The notes under the pieces: model-generated
What the model was told of the DNA's origin: nothing
The model's database searches: none
Seen by the model: the letters and a program-made list of their open reading frames with translations, nothing else
From: Lophium mytilinum
Taxonomy: Eukaryota
Assembly (NCBI GenBank): GCA_010093605.1
Contig: MU004196.1
Span: 1,448,606-1,512,605 of the forward strand
DNA length: 64,000 nt
Direction of reading: 5' to 3'
Part shown: piece after piece, positions 35,047 to 47,798 of the stretch
Layout: each line of letters starts with the position of its first letter
Numbering within the stretch: position 1 is the first letter of the stretch
Program-made: the position numbers and the translations under genes

Positions 35047-35681
35047 CGGACGGAAATGTGGTAATGAGTATATGAAGCACTCCGGATAATGGCAATGTTG
35101 GTCGAGCAGAAGCGCTTGAAATCGCCTAACATCGTACTCTCTGAACTTTTGAATCGCGTCAAGATTTACGAAAATGCACTGAAGAACCTCGAATAGAGGT
35201 GAGCAGGTATGCGCAGACTTCTATCCAGGCACTGTAGGCATCCTCTTTAGATTTAGCGTGGTCGAGTGACGATGAACTCGTAGCTAGCAAGCTCCGTTGA
35301 GTATAAAGTGGCAATCAAACACCGTCCGAGGTGGCGCGGAGGGATTTCAGCTTTGTCTAAGATGGACGTTTTAATGTTTTCGATATATTCTGTAGTACCC
35401 TTGCAGCCTTGTACGAAGTACGCACAGACTAGTGCTGGTCCCAAGCGGGGAACATGTTCAGCCAAGAACATCTCAGCCTTTCCACTGGGCAACCTCCAGA
35501 GGGCTGGAAGGCTGAGCGGCTGCCTGCCAGCCTGATTGCGATGCCGCTGGATTATTTTCTTCTGCTTCCCTTCGCGCACCTAGCTATCAATCCGTACAAA
35601 AGCACTTCGCGCTGCTGGACATCCCATACCTTACTACTCACAGGTGTCGTGAAGTAGACCGCACTCTTGCTTGAAAGAACA

Positions 35682-38394
35682 ATGGACTTCCTATGGGCCC
35701 TCCTGAGCCTCTGCATCTTCCTCGCCTCATCAGCCGTGCTCCGCAGAGCGCTAGAAAAGAGGATCCTATACCGATACTCTCCACTCCGGCCAGAACCTAG
35801 CAGCATCCGCCTACTACGCCTTCTACCGCACGCCGACGAGACCGCCGTCATTCAATGCGAGCTCTTCGACTACTCGCTACAAAGCTCAAGCCAACGAACG
35901 CACCAGTATGAAGCCCTGTCTTATGTATGGGGTAGTCCGGAGGGGAAGTTGCCTATCATGATAGGCGGATGTGCGTTCGACGTTACGGTTAATCTCCATG
36001 CGGCGCTTTTAAGGATGAGGAATCATGCTATGGAGCGAGTGTTGTGGGTAGATGCGATTTGCATTGATCAGGACAATCTAAAAGAGAAGGAGGATCAGAT
36101 TCAGTTCATGGCAGAGATTTTTGGACAGGCGAGACAGGTTGTTGTTTGGCTTGGAGAGGCGGCAGAGGATAGTGATTTGGCGCTTGAGCAGATACGCGTT
36201 ATTGGGAGCAGAGTGTCTGGAGATTATCCCTTAGAGCTAGCGGATACGTGGAGCGACAACGACGAGTCAGGAGATTCTCTAGACGACGACGGAGGGTCGG
36301 TAGATCCTCTAAACGACGACCCAATGCAGCAAGCGATTCTTGCGCTGTTGGAACGGCCGTGGTTTCGGCGCATTTGGGTAAGAGTATATATATTCCGCAA
36401 AGCTCGTACAGTCTGCTAAAGGGTTAAATTAGATACTTCAGGAGGTTGCCGCAGCTCGACACATCTTGGTCATGTGTGGTGCCGCAGAGATCGACGGACA
36501 CGGCTTCTGCTTGGGCGTGGATTTGCTGGAGGGCATCTTCGGAACCCGCGCAGACTTACATAGTCTGATCCGTTCGGTGACTTACTTGATGAAGGGGGCG
36601 ATATTCAGGCCTGTTATGAGCAAGGCAAGCAGTACTTCGCGAGCCATATGTCCACTAGGCGAGCTGATGGATATGTACCATTCGCACGAGGCTACCAAGC
36701 GCCATGATAAGGTGTATGCGTTGCTTGGTATGAGCTCTGATGATCACAGCAAAGCAAATCTATCGCCAAACTACGGAGTTCCATGGGAGGACCTCTTGCA
36801 GCGACTAGTCAAGTTTCTTCTCCCTGGGACGATTTCCGTGGAGACTTGGGGCGATCAGGGGATCGCTTCAATCAGGATTAAGGGCTGCATGCTGGGTTAT
36901 GTGTCCTCTACAGAAAGGAGTGTTATTTCTGATGGCAGAAGGAGTGTAGAGGTAGTTTGCAAGAACATATCGGGAGAACTTGGAGATATCAAAGTGTCAA
37001 AGGCCAACTGGAATCTCAAACTCTCGGCAACACCCGTTCAAAAAGGAGATCTCATCTGCCTTCTTCAGGGAGCTTCAAAGCCTACTATCATAAGAGTGTG
37101 TAAAGACTGTTTTACCATCATCATCATGATTACAGTCTCTCCTCCGGAAATCATACAAAGTAAGTGGAACGAGTTTGATGCCAATTGGCCAAAGAATTTG
37201 GAGTCCAAAAAATTGTCCGCATGCGATTTTCTCCTCGTTTGGGACTGGGAAACCCCTCTGCTAGGATTGCAAGATCTAGGAAAATCCGATACCTTGATCC
37301 AGACAGATAAGTGGGTATCACAGCCCCCAAATACGATGCTAGAGGGCCACTTGGACCAACTAGCTAGAACATGGAGTGTTGCACGGATATTGGACGACTT
37401 GGGGAAGCAAGAAAAGGCAGAAGAGAGGCTTCAAGAAGTTGCAGAGGGCATTGCAACAGAAATTGGGCAAGAAGGTTTGTATCCACACACATTACTAAAT
37501 TATCAAAGCAAGACGCTGATTTTGAGAATTCCAGATAACAACTACGACGCCGTAAGGAACATAATACGGGAGAGGAATAATATTGATCTATACTTTGGGG
37601 ACAGTCAATACAGAAAGACGATGCTATTAAGAGCGGCAGGAAGCGGGCGCAAGGGTGTTGTTAAGCTTCTGCTTGAGACGGGCAAGGTCAATGTTGATGC
37701 AATGAAGACGGCGCTGCTACGGGCGGCATCTTACGGGCGCGAGACTATTGTGAAGGTGCTGCTTTTGACAGACAAGTTCACCTTCGCTGATGAGGGGCGG
37801 GTGCTGAGAACCGCGGCGTTTTGGGGGCGGGAGGCCGTTATTAAGCTACTGCTTGAGACGAGCGAAGTTAATCTTGATTCTAAGGATAATGAGGGACAGA
37901 CGGCGCTATCACTGGCGGCGAGTTCGGGGCAGACGGCGGTTGTTAAGCTGCTGCTTGAGACAGGCAAGGTTGATATCGANNNNNNNNNNNNNNNNNNNNN
38001 NNNNGGACAGACGGCGCTATCACTGGCGGCGAGTTCGGGGCAGACGGCGGTTGTTAAGCTGCTGCTTGAGACAGGCAAGGTTGATATCGACTTGAAGGAT
38101 AATGACGGACGGACGGCGCTATCATGGGCGGCAGAAAGGGGCCCCGAGGCTGTTGTTAAGCTGCTACTTGGGACCGGCAAAGTTGACGTTAATTCAAAGG
38201 GTACTAATAGGAGGACGGCGCTATTGTTTGCGGTAGAAGGGGTACACACAGCCGTTGTCAAGCTGCTGCTTGAGACAGGTAAGGTTGATGTTGAACTCGA
38301 GGATAATGACGGACGGACGGCGCTAGTTAGGGCGAAAGAGAAGGGACATGAGGCCGTGGTACAGCTGCTGGAGTCGTATCGTAAGCTCTTTTAG
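35682..38394 (+). CDS. HET domain + ankyrin-repeat protein (NLR-like effector-repeat architecture), contains assembly gap
   Basis: HET: 'IRLLRL', 'YEALSYVWG', 'LWVDAICIDQ', 'RPWFRRIW|ILQE' (intron 36379-36432), 'DKVYALLGM'; C-terminal repeats 'GQTALSLAA..G..AVVKLLLETGKVD'. Confidence 0.9.
37980..38004. other. Assembly gap (25 N) within ankyrin repeats
   Basis: Run of n characters. Confidence 0.99.
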
Positions 38395-38441
38395 CAGCTT
38401 ACACAACCATGTGCCCATTGGCCGCCTCCTGCTATTCCTCA

Positions 38442-38843
38442 CACGTTAGACTGGGTAGAGTGGCACACTCAAGCAGTCCAATGCTGTCTGAGGTGGCCCG
38501 GACAACTACCAGGCTTGCTAAAGCTGGCCTTTCATAGATGCTAATAGCATACTGGAGGATCCTCTACTAGTGCTAAATAAGTATAGAAGTGGTGGATATA
38601 TACCTGATAAGTTTATAGACTACTAACTTCTATTGTCACTTAAATACCACGCTATCTTGTAGATAGATACAATGTCTACTATTACCTAGAGTACTTTAAC
38701 AAGTTTTTACATAGCTAGAAGCTCAGAGTTTCTATCTCATTTACAATCTTTAAAAGGCATTAAAGCACTATAAGCAGCGGTAGACACTTGTCCAACAGGC
38801 ATGATACTTGCTGAGTCTGCAACCTTTTTCCATGCCCAGCGTA
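38442..38843 (+). mobile_element. MITE family B copy (degenerate TIRs, AT-rich)
   Basis: Colinear with 41960-42344 (gtggcacact, gctgtctgaggtggcccg, gcattaaagcac, cctttttccatgcccagcgt). Confidence 0.78.
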
Positions 38844-40343
38844 GTCCAACTTTGGGACTGACTATCTCGGAACACTGTACTGAGCTTTACTCGACAGGTA
38901 AATTTCGCAGCAGTTCTCGTCACTTAAGAGGCGGATTGGTCGAATGTTTATCGACAAGTTAGCTCTGAATGCGACGGACCAAAAACTATACCTCTTGTGT
39001 GGGAAGCTCTAACCCTGAAGTTCCGATATATTATAGAGAGTAGCATAGATAGCAGATAGAATGATAGAGACGGCGATTTATTCCCCATTACCAATAGGTT
39101 GTGAGAATGCTATTTCAAGAGGGGTTCACTAGAAAATGCCTGTTTGGCCGGCTTTCGAAGTCGAGATTGAGGTTGGCTCGATAAGTGACTCGTTGTCGCC
39201 TCGTGTCTAACGTAAAAGCAGAAAATGGTGGACGAATACGTACTGGCTCGGAGAAGATGGCACCTGGACCATCAAAGGACAAGACATCTCGATCAGGAAA
39301 CGAGGCTTCAAAGAAAGATAGTGGAAAAGAAAGACGAGCACAATCGTCCTAGTCATAGGGAGGAAGCAGTCCGACGCTTCAACGCCTCAACGTCAACAGG
39401 GTTTGATGAAAAGCCATGGAACCAATCCCTATCAAATATCGAGAAACCGTCTTGAGCCGGGTGGAGCTGAGGCATGAAGGAAAATTACCGCGCTGACTAG
39501 ACATAAGAGTAACGTTAAGAGGAATTTGGAGCCACTTTGATACGCTTCGCTTCATCCGCAATAGGTGTCATTAGGATAACCGGGACGAGAGTGAAATAGG
39601 TCAGCGAGGTTGATGAGAGTGGAGTGGCGCAGAGAGAACTAATGAAGCGATATGCAGGATTGGAAGGTAGATTTTGATATCAGACGACACCTGGAGCTAG
39701 AATAGAGGAAGGGGAGAGTGGCGCAGAAGACTACTCGGAATTGCGGGGTATTGCAAGATCCTGTTTCTGGATTTGAAATCTTCTGGTGGGAGGCCTAATC
39801 TGTCGTACTATTCTACCAATGACGAGAGTAATTAATTCACTCCCTTCAGAGTGCGGGGAGTTACCTAGATAGATGTGTAATCTAGCGAGGTCCAACAACT
39901 AGCGAACTACTACAGGGGATGCTTTATTCTCGTGAAGGATATGTGAATCGGTGATAACTGGACTGATGGCGGCGTCAAGAGATGGTACGAAAGGAGCTTA
40001 TCTTCTTCAGTCCTAGAACTTTTCTACCAAACGACCAAGATGGGGCGATGGATCAAAACTCAAGAAAAAAGGAATGGTACCTGGGGACCCAGGTAGGCAG
40101 AAGAAGAGGCAATACCATTTTCGATGGTCCCAAATGCCGTTGGGAAGAAGACCACTGCTCGCTCGTCGGGTCAGAGGCGGGCTCGGCTCCCCTCCTCATG
40201 CAAGCCTGTGGGGCTGTCGTCAGCCCATCTTCGCAACGCTCCCCGATTTCAGAGTATGGGGCGCGGGAGCGGGCGCGGAGAAGACGCTGAAGGACGACAT
40301 ACCACCTAGCTAACGTTCCACACTAGGCCCCAGGCCCCGCAGA

Positions 40344-40349
40344 CCGAGG
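40344..40349. promoter_or_regulatory. Candidate Far site (CCGAGG = reverse complement of CCTCGG) upstream of the monooxygenase
   Basis: About 130 bp upstream of ATG 40479; a 6-mer only. Confidence 0.25.
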
Positions 40350-40478
40350 CATGATGCTTTAGCTCTGGTGTATCTCACCTGTAATACATAATTGCAAGCG
40401 TCTCTGTCCATTGAGGCCCTCCACACCCTCTGAACCTCTCTCCACCTCCTCCTACATCTCCTTCACTCGACCGCCACT

Positions 40479-41945
40479 ATGACTACCGAAAGTATGCACG
40501 ACGTCCTCATCATCGGCGCAGGCATCTCAGGCATCAACACAGCCTACCGCCTCCAACAAAGCCTCCCCAACGCAACCTACGCCATTGTCGACGGCCGCAA
40601 CAACTGGGGCGGCACCTGGGACCTCTTCAAATTCCCCGGCATCCGCTCGGACTCGGACCTCTTCACATTCGGCTTCTCGTGGGAGCCCTGGACCGCGCGG
40701 AGTCCCATTGCGACGGGCGAGTCGATCCAAACATACCTCCGCCACTGCATATCCAAGCACGGCATCGACAAGCATGCCATCTTCCAGCACCACGTCGTCG
40801 CCGCGGACTGGTCGTCAGAAACCCAGCTGTGGCGACTCGAGACATCGCAAAACGGGCAGAAAAAATACTTGTATGGCAGACATGTGGTGCTAGGGACAGG
40901 GTACTACGACTACGAAGACCCCCTGGCCGCGAAGATACCCGGGCTGGAGAACTTCAAGGGCGACGTGCTGCACCCGCAGTTTTGGCCCGAGGGCTTCGAC
41001 TACTCGGGGAAGAAGGTCGTGATCATCGGGAGCGGCGCCACAGCCATCACCATCGTGCCCGCCATGGCGGAGAAAGCGGCGAAAGTCACGATGCTGCAGC
41101 GGAGCCCGTCGTACGTCCTCCCCGTGCCAATCCCCAAAGAAGCCAGCTTCGTCGAGAAATGGGCCCCAACCTCTCTCGCGCGCATGATCGTGCGCTTCCA
41201 GCACATCTGGGGGCTGTACCTCGTCTTCTTCATCCCGCGGTGGTTCCCGAACTGGTCGCGGAAATTCATCAACGACATCAACAAAGAGGAGCTCAAAGGC
41301 AGCAGCGTGCCCATCGACCCCCACTTCATTCCTAAATACAAACCCTGGGATCAACGTGTTTGTTACAGTCCAGACGGCGACTTCTGGGCCGCCTTCCGCA
41401 GCGGCAAAGCCGACGTCGCGACCGGCGTCATCAAAACCGTCACAGATACCAGCATCACTCTCGAATCCGGCCAGCAGCTCGACGCCGACATCATCGTCAC
41501 CGCGACCGGGCTGCGCATGCGGATCGGCGGCGGCATCCAGATCTCCGTCGACGGCACACAGATCATCAACCGCGAGAAGTTCCTGTGGCGGTACATGATG
41601 ATCCAAGACGTGCCGAACATGTACGCGATCGTCGGGTACACCGCGTTCTCCTGGACGCTCGGCGCGGACGCCACGGGGATCCTGATGATGCGGCTGCTGA
41701 AGCACCTCCAGAAGAACGGGTACTCGAGCGTCACGCCGCGCTGCTCGAACCCGAACCAGAAGCAGTCGCCGATCATGGGCACGCTGAACTCGACGTACGT
41801 GACTTCAGCGGCGTCGAGCGGGGTGCTGTTCAAGACGGGCACCGAGGGGCCCTGGCACAACCGCGTGCACTACCTGCAGGATCTGTGGCGGGCGTATTTC
41901 GCGAGTATCACGGCGGATATGGAGTTCTCGAAGGTGTCGACTTGA
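40479..41945 (+). CDS. FAD-containing Baeyer-Villiger-type monooxygenase, EthA/AlmA-like; intronless
   Basis: 'IIGAGISG', 'GGTWDLFKFPGIRSDSD', fingerprint 'FKGDVLHPQFWP', 'IGSGATA', 'IVTATG'. Confidence 0.93.
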   Translation: MTTESMHDVLIIGAGISGINTAYRLQQSLPNATYAIVDGRNNWGGTWDLFKFPGIRSDSDLFTFGFSWEPWTARSPIATGESIQTYLRHCISKHGIDKHAIFQHHVVAADWSSETQLWRLETSQNGQKKYLYGRHVVLGTGYYDYEDPLAAKIPGLENFKGDVLHPQFWPEGFDYSGKKVVIIGSGATAITIVPAMAEKAAKVTMLQRSPSYVLPVPIPKEASFVEKWAPTSLARMIVRFQHIWGLYLVFFIPRWFPNWSRKFINDINKEELKGSSVPIDPHFIPKYKPWDQRVCYSPDGDFWAAFRSGKADVATGVIKTVTDTSITLESGQQLDADIIVTATGLRMRIGGGIQISVDGTQIINREKFLWRYMMIQDVPNMYAIVGYTAFSWTLGADATGILMMRLLKHLQKNGYSSVTPRCSNPNQKQSPIMGTLNSTYVTSAASSGVLFKTGTEGPWHNRVHYLQDLWRAYFASITADMEFSKVST

Positions 41946-41959
41946 TGATGATATCTTAG

Positions 41960-42344
41960 CACGCTAGGCATGAAAAAAGTGGCACACTACAGCAGTTCAA
42001 CGCTGTCTGAGGTGGCCCGAAGAGCTATTAGGCTTGCGAAAGCTAGTATTCTATAAGTAGCAATAGCATACTAGAGGACCTCTAACGGTGCTAAACAAGC
42101 GTAGAGGTAGTAGGTTTACCTTTTTGTAGATTTATAGACTGCCAATATTTACTACCACTTATCTACTATACTCTCTTAGTACAGTAGGTGCTCCGGTCTG
42201 CCACTGCTTGGAGTGCCTTGACAAGTTTCCTTAGAGCCCAAGGCTAAGAATTTCCAATTCTTGAAAATGCATTAAAGCACCACAAGCAGCGGCGGGCAGT
42301 GCACAAAGCCAGAATAGAGTGCCACCTTTTCTATGCCCCGCGTG
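41960..42344 (+). mobile_element. MITE family B, 385 bp, CAC...GTG TIRs, 5-bp TSD CTTAG
   Basis: CTTAG|CACGCTAGGCATGAAAAAAGTGGCACACT ... AGAGTGCCACCTTTTCTATGCCCCGCGTG|CTTAG. Confidence 0.85.
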
Positions 42345-42988
42345 CTTAGATTATGGAGGAGCGAATCATCCTCGACTATGGCTTCTAATGATATACACGA
42401 TTTCTGGTCATGCAGTCTTCAATGGCCTCGTCTGCGTCCTGAGACTATACTCACCTTTTACAGCACAGGGCGTGTAATGCAACGCATACCATCTCTCAGC
42501 TATGCCATGTACGCTGACGGCACTAGCACCAATCCCATCCAGCTCCGTCGACACGGAACTCCTTAACCCGATCTCCCCCAACCCATTCGCTTTCCGTTCC
42601 CGTCAAGCCTGTATCTCTCTGATCCCACGTCTTCTAATCCTTGGCCTATCCCGTCCCTCCCCTCCTTTCTCCATCACCCAACCGCGTTTCTCCTCCTTAA
42701 CTCGCTGCCGCTAGCATCACCCCTTCTAGCGATGTCGACGTTTGAGTTCATATTTGTAAGATTTAATTCTAGATATGGTGGCGGTCGTATACACGTGCAC
42801 ATGCCCATCGAAGCCGCTAAATGCCACGCGAAAACGCTGGATATCGTCACCCCCTATACGCCCCCAATACGCGATACGACACCAAGGCCACCCTTATCCT
42901 CTCTCCCCTCCTTCACGTCACCTCCTCTCCATCCAAGGCCTCGGCCATTAGCGACAAGCCTAATCACCCAAACCCATCCAGTCCACTC

Positions 42989-45007
42989 CTACATCAACCC
43001 CCCCAACACCACCTTCCCCACCCCCGCCATCTCCCCCCTCTGCCCCACCCGACTCGCATCCTCAAACTCCCTCACCACGCCCGCCAGAATAATCTTCCTA
43101 ACCCTCGCATCCGCCTTCGCGAACAAATCGCCCACCACGGGCGAGCAGCTCTCCGGCCCACTCACCAAGCTCATCATCTTCGTGTACGCATCAATCAGCA
43201 CATCGCACAGCGTCGCGAACGTCTCGAAGAAGTCTGGGTCGAACGGCAGCGAAGGGGTGAGGAGGTGCGTGTACGTTTCATTCGGCAGCAGGTCATCACC
43301 CGTGGTTATAGGTAAGGAGGAGGAGGTGGTGGAATCCGGGGGCGTGGAGGCGTTGGAGATGCTGTGGTCGAGAGCGGGGAAGCCCATGTCTGTGGCGGCG
43401 GAGCTGCGGCGGCCTTTGGAGGAGCCGACGCCGACGTGGGTTGCTTTGCGGAACATTTGCGGGATGCGGCCGCGCGAGAGGGAGGAGGGGGTGGCGCCGT
43501 CCGGGGGGTGGATGGATTGGTAGGATTCGAATTCGATGAGGAGAGCGTTGAGGGCGCGGAGGTAGTCCGAAGGGGAGTGTGGGTGCAGGTCGAGGATGGT
43601 GGGACTTAAGGTGGCAATAAAGTTAGCAAATCTTTCAAAACTCGAGCAAGGAAACTAATAGTAATGACAGGTTATGCTGCGTAAAACACTCCTTCAGGGA
43701 ATTCCAAGACACCACTGTCTACTTTGCCCACTTAACACCACTGCTGGGGGGTAGCCTGACTGCTGATCAGGCAATCAGTTAAGAGGCAGTCTAATTTGCA
43801 CTGCTTGAACTTTGACATCGCCCTTTAGTCTTCAAAACCTGTGAGGGCACCCCAAGCAGTGGCGTACCAGTGGACAGTGGTTGCCTCGGAATACTCTCTG
43901 AGTAGATTTTCAAACAGACATATTGCTGGGAAATTTGTTATCTATATTGGGGGCTTACTTACAGGGAGAAGCCGAGGAGGAGGTAGTTTGTGGCGCGGCG
44001 GGCGAGTTTGGGTGGGGAGAAGTAGGAGAGGCGTGCGAGGTCGGGTTTAGAGAAGAGGAGGGTGTTGAACCAGTATATGCGGCCTTCGTGGCTGTGGAAA
44101 TGCGTTAGTGTGGGATTTAGGGTCGGAGGGTATTGAGATATTTGAGCCAGGGGATCGCGGATTGCGAGGCCGAGCGGTGGAGGAAATTTGGATTGGGGAG
44201 GATTGAGGAGAGAATGCGGCGGTGTATTGGGTGAATGAGAGGTGAAATTTATGAATATTGAAGATTTCAAACATACGCTTTCCGAAGATAGTCCAAGGTA
44301 GATATCCTCTTCGACGCCATCTCGTGTATATGCTGGAATACCACACTCGGATTATTTGACCCATTGCCCGCAGGCCCAATCTGTATAGGAGCCGGGGGTC
44401 CAAGACTTCCATAACTCTGCGCAAAGGTCTGCTGTTGCTGCTGCAGCTGCTTCTGCGAGGCCGGGTATCGTAGGGGGACAGCCATGCCGAAGGGTGTCTT
44501 GGGCTGGTCCACGGCAGACAATGGCGATTTTGAGTATGGTTGTCCCCCCCCTAGACCCACCGCTAGCGAGTCTAACGCCTTCACGTTTTCGGCACTCTTT
44601 TGCTTTCCCCTCGAGAAGGTTGATATCGACAGAGCTGGGCGCGAGGCATTGGACGCAGGAGCCTTCTCCGGCGAAAGGGACAGGGTGGTTGCCAGAGTGG
44701 CGGTCGAGGGCGTCTTCCGGTGGGAAGACGTAGAGCCCGAAGAGCGCGGCGAGGTGGTGCGCAGCGAGGCGGACCGTCGCAGCGTCGAGCCGAGCTCCGT
44801 CACCGAGCTGGAGATGCTGTGACGCGACGACGACTTGCGATGGCGGCGGGGCGGTGGTGGTGAAGCAATTGGGAACTGCGGCACTGGCGGCGGGCTCTCT
44901 GCGGTCTGCGGGGGCGAGGTGGTGTATTTGGCGGTGGGCGTTTGATTCCCTTTGGTGCGAAAAGCCCTGGCGAACAGTCCGCTGGGCTGGGACGGGGTCG
45001 TGGACAT
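42989..45007 (-). CDS. Conserved fungal hypothetical protein, 3 exons
   Basis: Spliced 'KRISTLDYLRKA|HEGRIYWFNT...LLLGFSL|PTILDL...YLRALNALLIEFE...LPFDPDFFETFATLCDVLIDAY'; S/P-rich N-terminus. Confidence 0.82.
43720..43875 (-). mobile_element. Truncated MITE family A copy inside intron 2 of the 42989-45007 gene
   Basis: ttgcccacttaacaccactg...gtagcctgactgctgatcaggcaatcagttaagaggcagtctaatttgcactgcttgaa...ccccaagcagtggcgtaccagtg. Confidence 0.8.
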
Positions 45008-46120
45008 GCTGCCCCCGCACGAGGGAGTGTGCCCCTGACTGCGGTGGTTTCAGGTCAGGTACGGCGGAAGCTAGCAGCGCAGCGGAGCGAGGATGTCGGG
45101 GGGCTTGCAGGCGTCGTGCAGCTGTCGGGATGCTAAGGGGTGGAGGAGAAGAGAGTCGGGACAAGAGATGTCGTCGGCGTCATCTGGCGGGGAGACGGGT
45201 CGCACCGCGCGATGCCTTGCTTTCAGCTGGCTTCGTAGTCGGGCGGCCTGAGAGATGGTGAAGGTCGGCGCGTCGTGGTGCTCTTCTCACAGCCAACCAG
45301 CTGCACCTATCGCCATCTGCCGGCCCGGGGGAAGCAGATCAGATCGCAGGGTTTCAGGGCCCACAATTTGGCTGCCGGTTCGTGTGCGCCCTCGCCGTTG
45401 AACCGCACTATCGCCAGCCCTGCACCCCTGCGAACACCTTTTATCGGAGACATGGTGACAGTTGCGGTCCAATTTTAGCGTATCGAGTTCTGGGATCGAC
45501 CATGGCGAACACTCTATTCTGCCTACACTGTGTTGAAATTGTCTGGAGTATCCTGGCGAGTTTACTAGTAATCCAAAATTTATGCAACACGTCTCTCATT
45601 TCTAACTCGGAAAGCTCAAAACATTCGAGGCTCTCTATGCAGTGGTAAACGGGTGCACGAATATGTATAATCAAGTATTGCATATACTTATTTTATTCCT
45701 ACTTCCTTGTGCGTACACCATCTTGACGCTATCTGGAGTGGCCCCGCGAGCTTCTAAGTAGTCAATATAGGATACTTCTCTTTCATTTGGCACGCTGAAA
45801 ATAACTTGAGGCTCCTCATGCAGGTGAACAAATACACGAATTTCTGAGACGAGAAACCGGGGTAGCGGACACGATTTCAATCTGCATACACCATCTGGAC
45901 ACCGTCTGGGGTGGCCTCACAGGTTTCTTACTCGTCCAAAATTGTACTTCCATCCTATTTGGAGCGCTCAAAATACTACAAGGCACCTCAGACGGCGGTG
46001 AACTGCTCGAGTAATGAGGCGGATCAGGCATGTGATTAGGCCTGCCAAGGATTAATTAAATATACAAACTCCCCGCGTTCCTGCACCCATCGTCGTCACC
46101 ACCCAACACTCACCGCCAAT

Positions 46121-47798
46121 ATGCAGCGCCGACAAAGCGCAAAGGTACGGCCCCCCTATGCTCACCAGCCTTATGTTAACATTTCTAGGGCGAATGGATA
46201 CCTCCGCCTGGCCAATGGCCCGTGGACCCTCAACAGGACGTGCCCGTTTCCGAACAGCGCATCTGGATTGACGGCTGCTTTGACTTCAGCCATCACGGTA
46301 GCGCCCTCTGCCATATACTTTGAACTATACTGACTTCCCAGGCCATGCTGGCGCAATGCTCCAAGCCCGCCAGCTCGGCACCGAGCTCCTCGTCGGCGTC
46401 CACTCCGACGAAGCGATTATGGAGAACAAGGGCCCAACCGTTATGACACTGAAGGAGCGAATCGCCGCCGTCGAAGCATGCCGCTGGGCTACCCTCGCCG
46501 TTCCCTCGGCCCCCTACGTAACCTCCCTCCCCTGGATCACCCACTACGGCTGCCAGTACGTCGTGCACGGCGACGACATCACGTCTGATGCCTCGGGCGA
46601 GGATTGCTACCGCTTCGTCAAGCAAGCCGGCCGCTTCAAGGTCGTCAAGCGCACCCCTGGCATCTCCACCACCGATCTCGTTGGGCGCATGTTGCTATGC
46701 ACGAAAACCCACTTCATACAGTCCCTGCAGAACATGCTGGCCGGGGACGAGGGCCCTGGGAGTGAGGAGGAGCGAAAGAGCACGGGTGAGGCCATGCGCC
46801 AGCGGATAACAGACTACGCGACGGATGAGAGCGGGCTGCGGCCAGGAAGTGACGTGTGGTACTGGCATGCAAGCCGGCCGGTGAAGGAGCGGAGGACGAC
46901 GCAGACGAGTACGTCAACTTCTTCGGATAGCGCTGGGAAGAGATCCTCTACCGACGGATCAGGAAAGCGGCCGAGCCATAGCCATCGCCATTCACATTCC
47001 TCGTCACATCACGCTGTCAAGGAGGAGAAGGGCACGTTCACCCAACTCGTAAAAGGCAAGGGCGCACGGAAAGGCCAGACAGTCGTCTACGTCGACGGCG
47101 GCTTCGACCTCTTCTCCTCCGGCCACATCGAGTTCCTCCGCCTCGTCACTCAAGCCGAGGAAGAGGCCGGGCGAGCCAGGGGATGGTACACCGAGGAAGC
47201 CGCAGCCGAACGGATCGCAGACGCAGGTGAGGACTACGGCCCCGTCTTCGTCGTCGCCGGGATTCACGACGACGAGGTCATAAACCACTGGAAGGGCATC
47301 AACTACCCCATCATGAACATCTTCGAACGCGGCCTCTGCGTGCTGCAATGCAAGTACGTCCACGCCCTCATCTTCGGCGCCCCCTTCTCCCTCTCCCGCG
47401 CCTTCCTCTCCTCCCTCCCGTACACCACGCCGCGTACCATCACGCCCTCCCTCCCCGAGGACAGTTCTGCTGCTGCTACTACAACCACCCCTCCCAACCT
47501 CACAGTGTACCACGGCCACACGACCTTCATGCCCCTCACCTACGATCCCTACGCCGTCGCCAAGTCCCTCGGCGTGTACAAAGAGCTGCCCAATCATGAA
47601 TATAACAACGTCAACGCGGGCGAGATTGTCGAGCGGATCCTGCGAGGCCGCGAAATGTACGAGGCACGGCAGCGCGCGAAGGGGGAGAAGAATGTCGGGG
47701 AAGAGGCGGTGCGGGTGCGCGAGGAGCTGGAGCGCGAGGCGGTGGAGCGGGAGCGGGAGCGTATGCGGCGCGAGGTTGAGGGCCAGTGGGGGTTGTAG
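46121..47798 (+). CDS. ECT1: Ethanolamine-phosphate cytidylyltransferase, 3 exons
   Basis: Two cytidylyltransferase domains: 'RIWIDGCFDFSHHG|HAGAMLQAR', 'KRTPGISTTDLVGRML', 'VYVDGGFDLFSSGHIEFL', 'NYPIMNIFERGLCVLQCKY'. Confidence 0.93.

Noticed and set aside
39225..40313. Short ORFs between HET-ankyrin and monooxygenase
   Set aside because: No motifs and overlapping frames; likely non-coding
40479..41945. Horizontal transfer of the intronless EthA-like monooxygenase
   Set aside because: The family is common in fungi, and its GC/codon style matches neighbouring native genes; no evidence without phylogeny
40527..41959. Many long overlapping/antisense ORFs over the monooxygenase (also at 26.4-27.6, 42.7-43.5, 44.3-45.2 and 47.0-48.0 kb)
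   Set aside because: Shadow ORFs caused by high GC3 in real genes; no recognisable motifs
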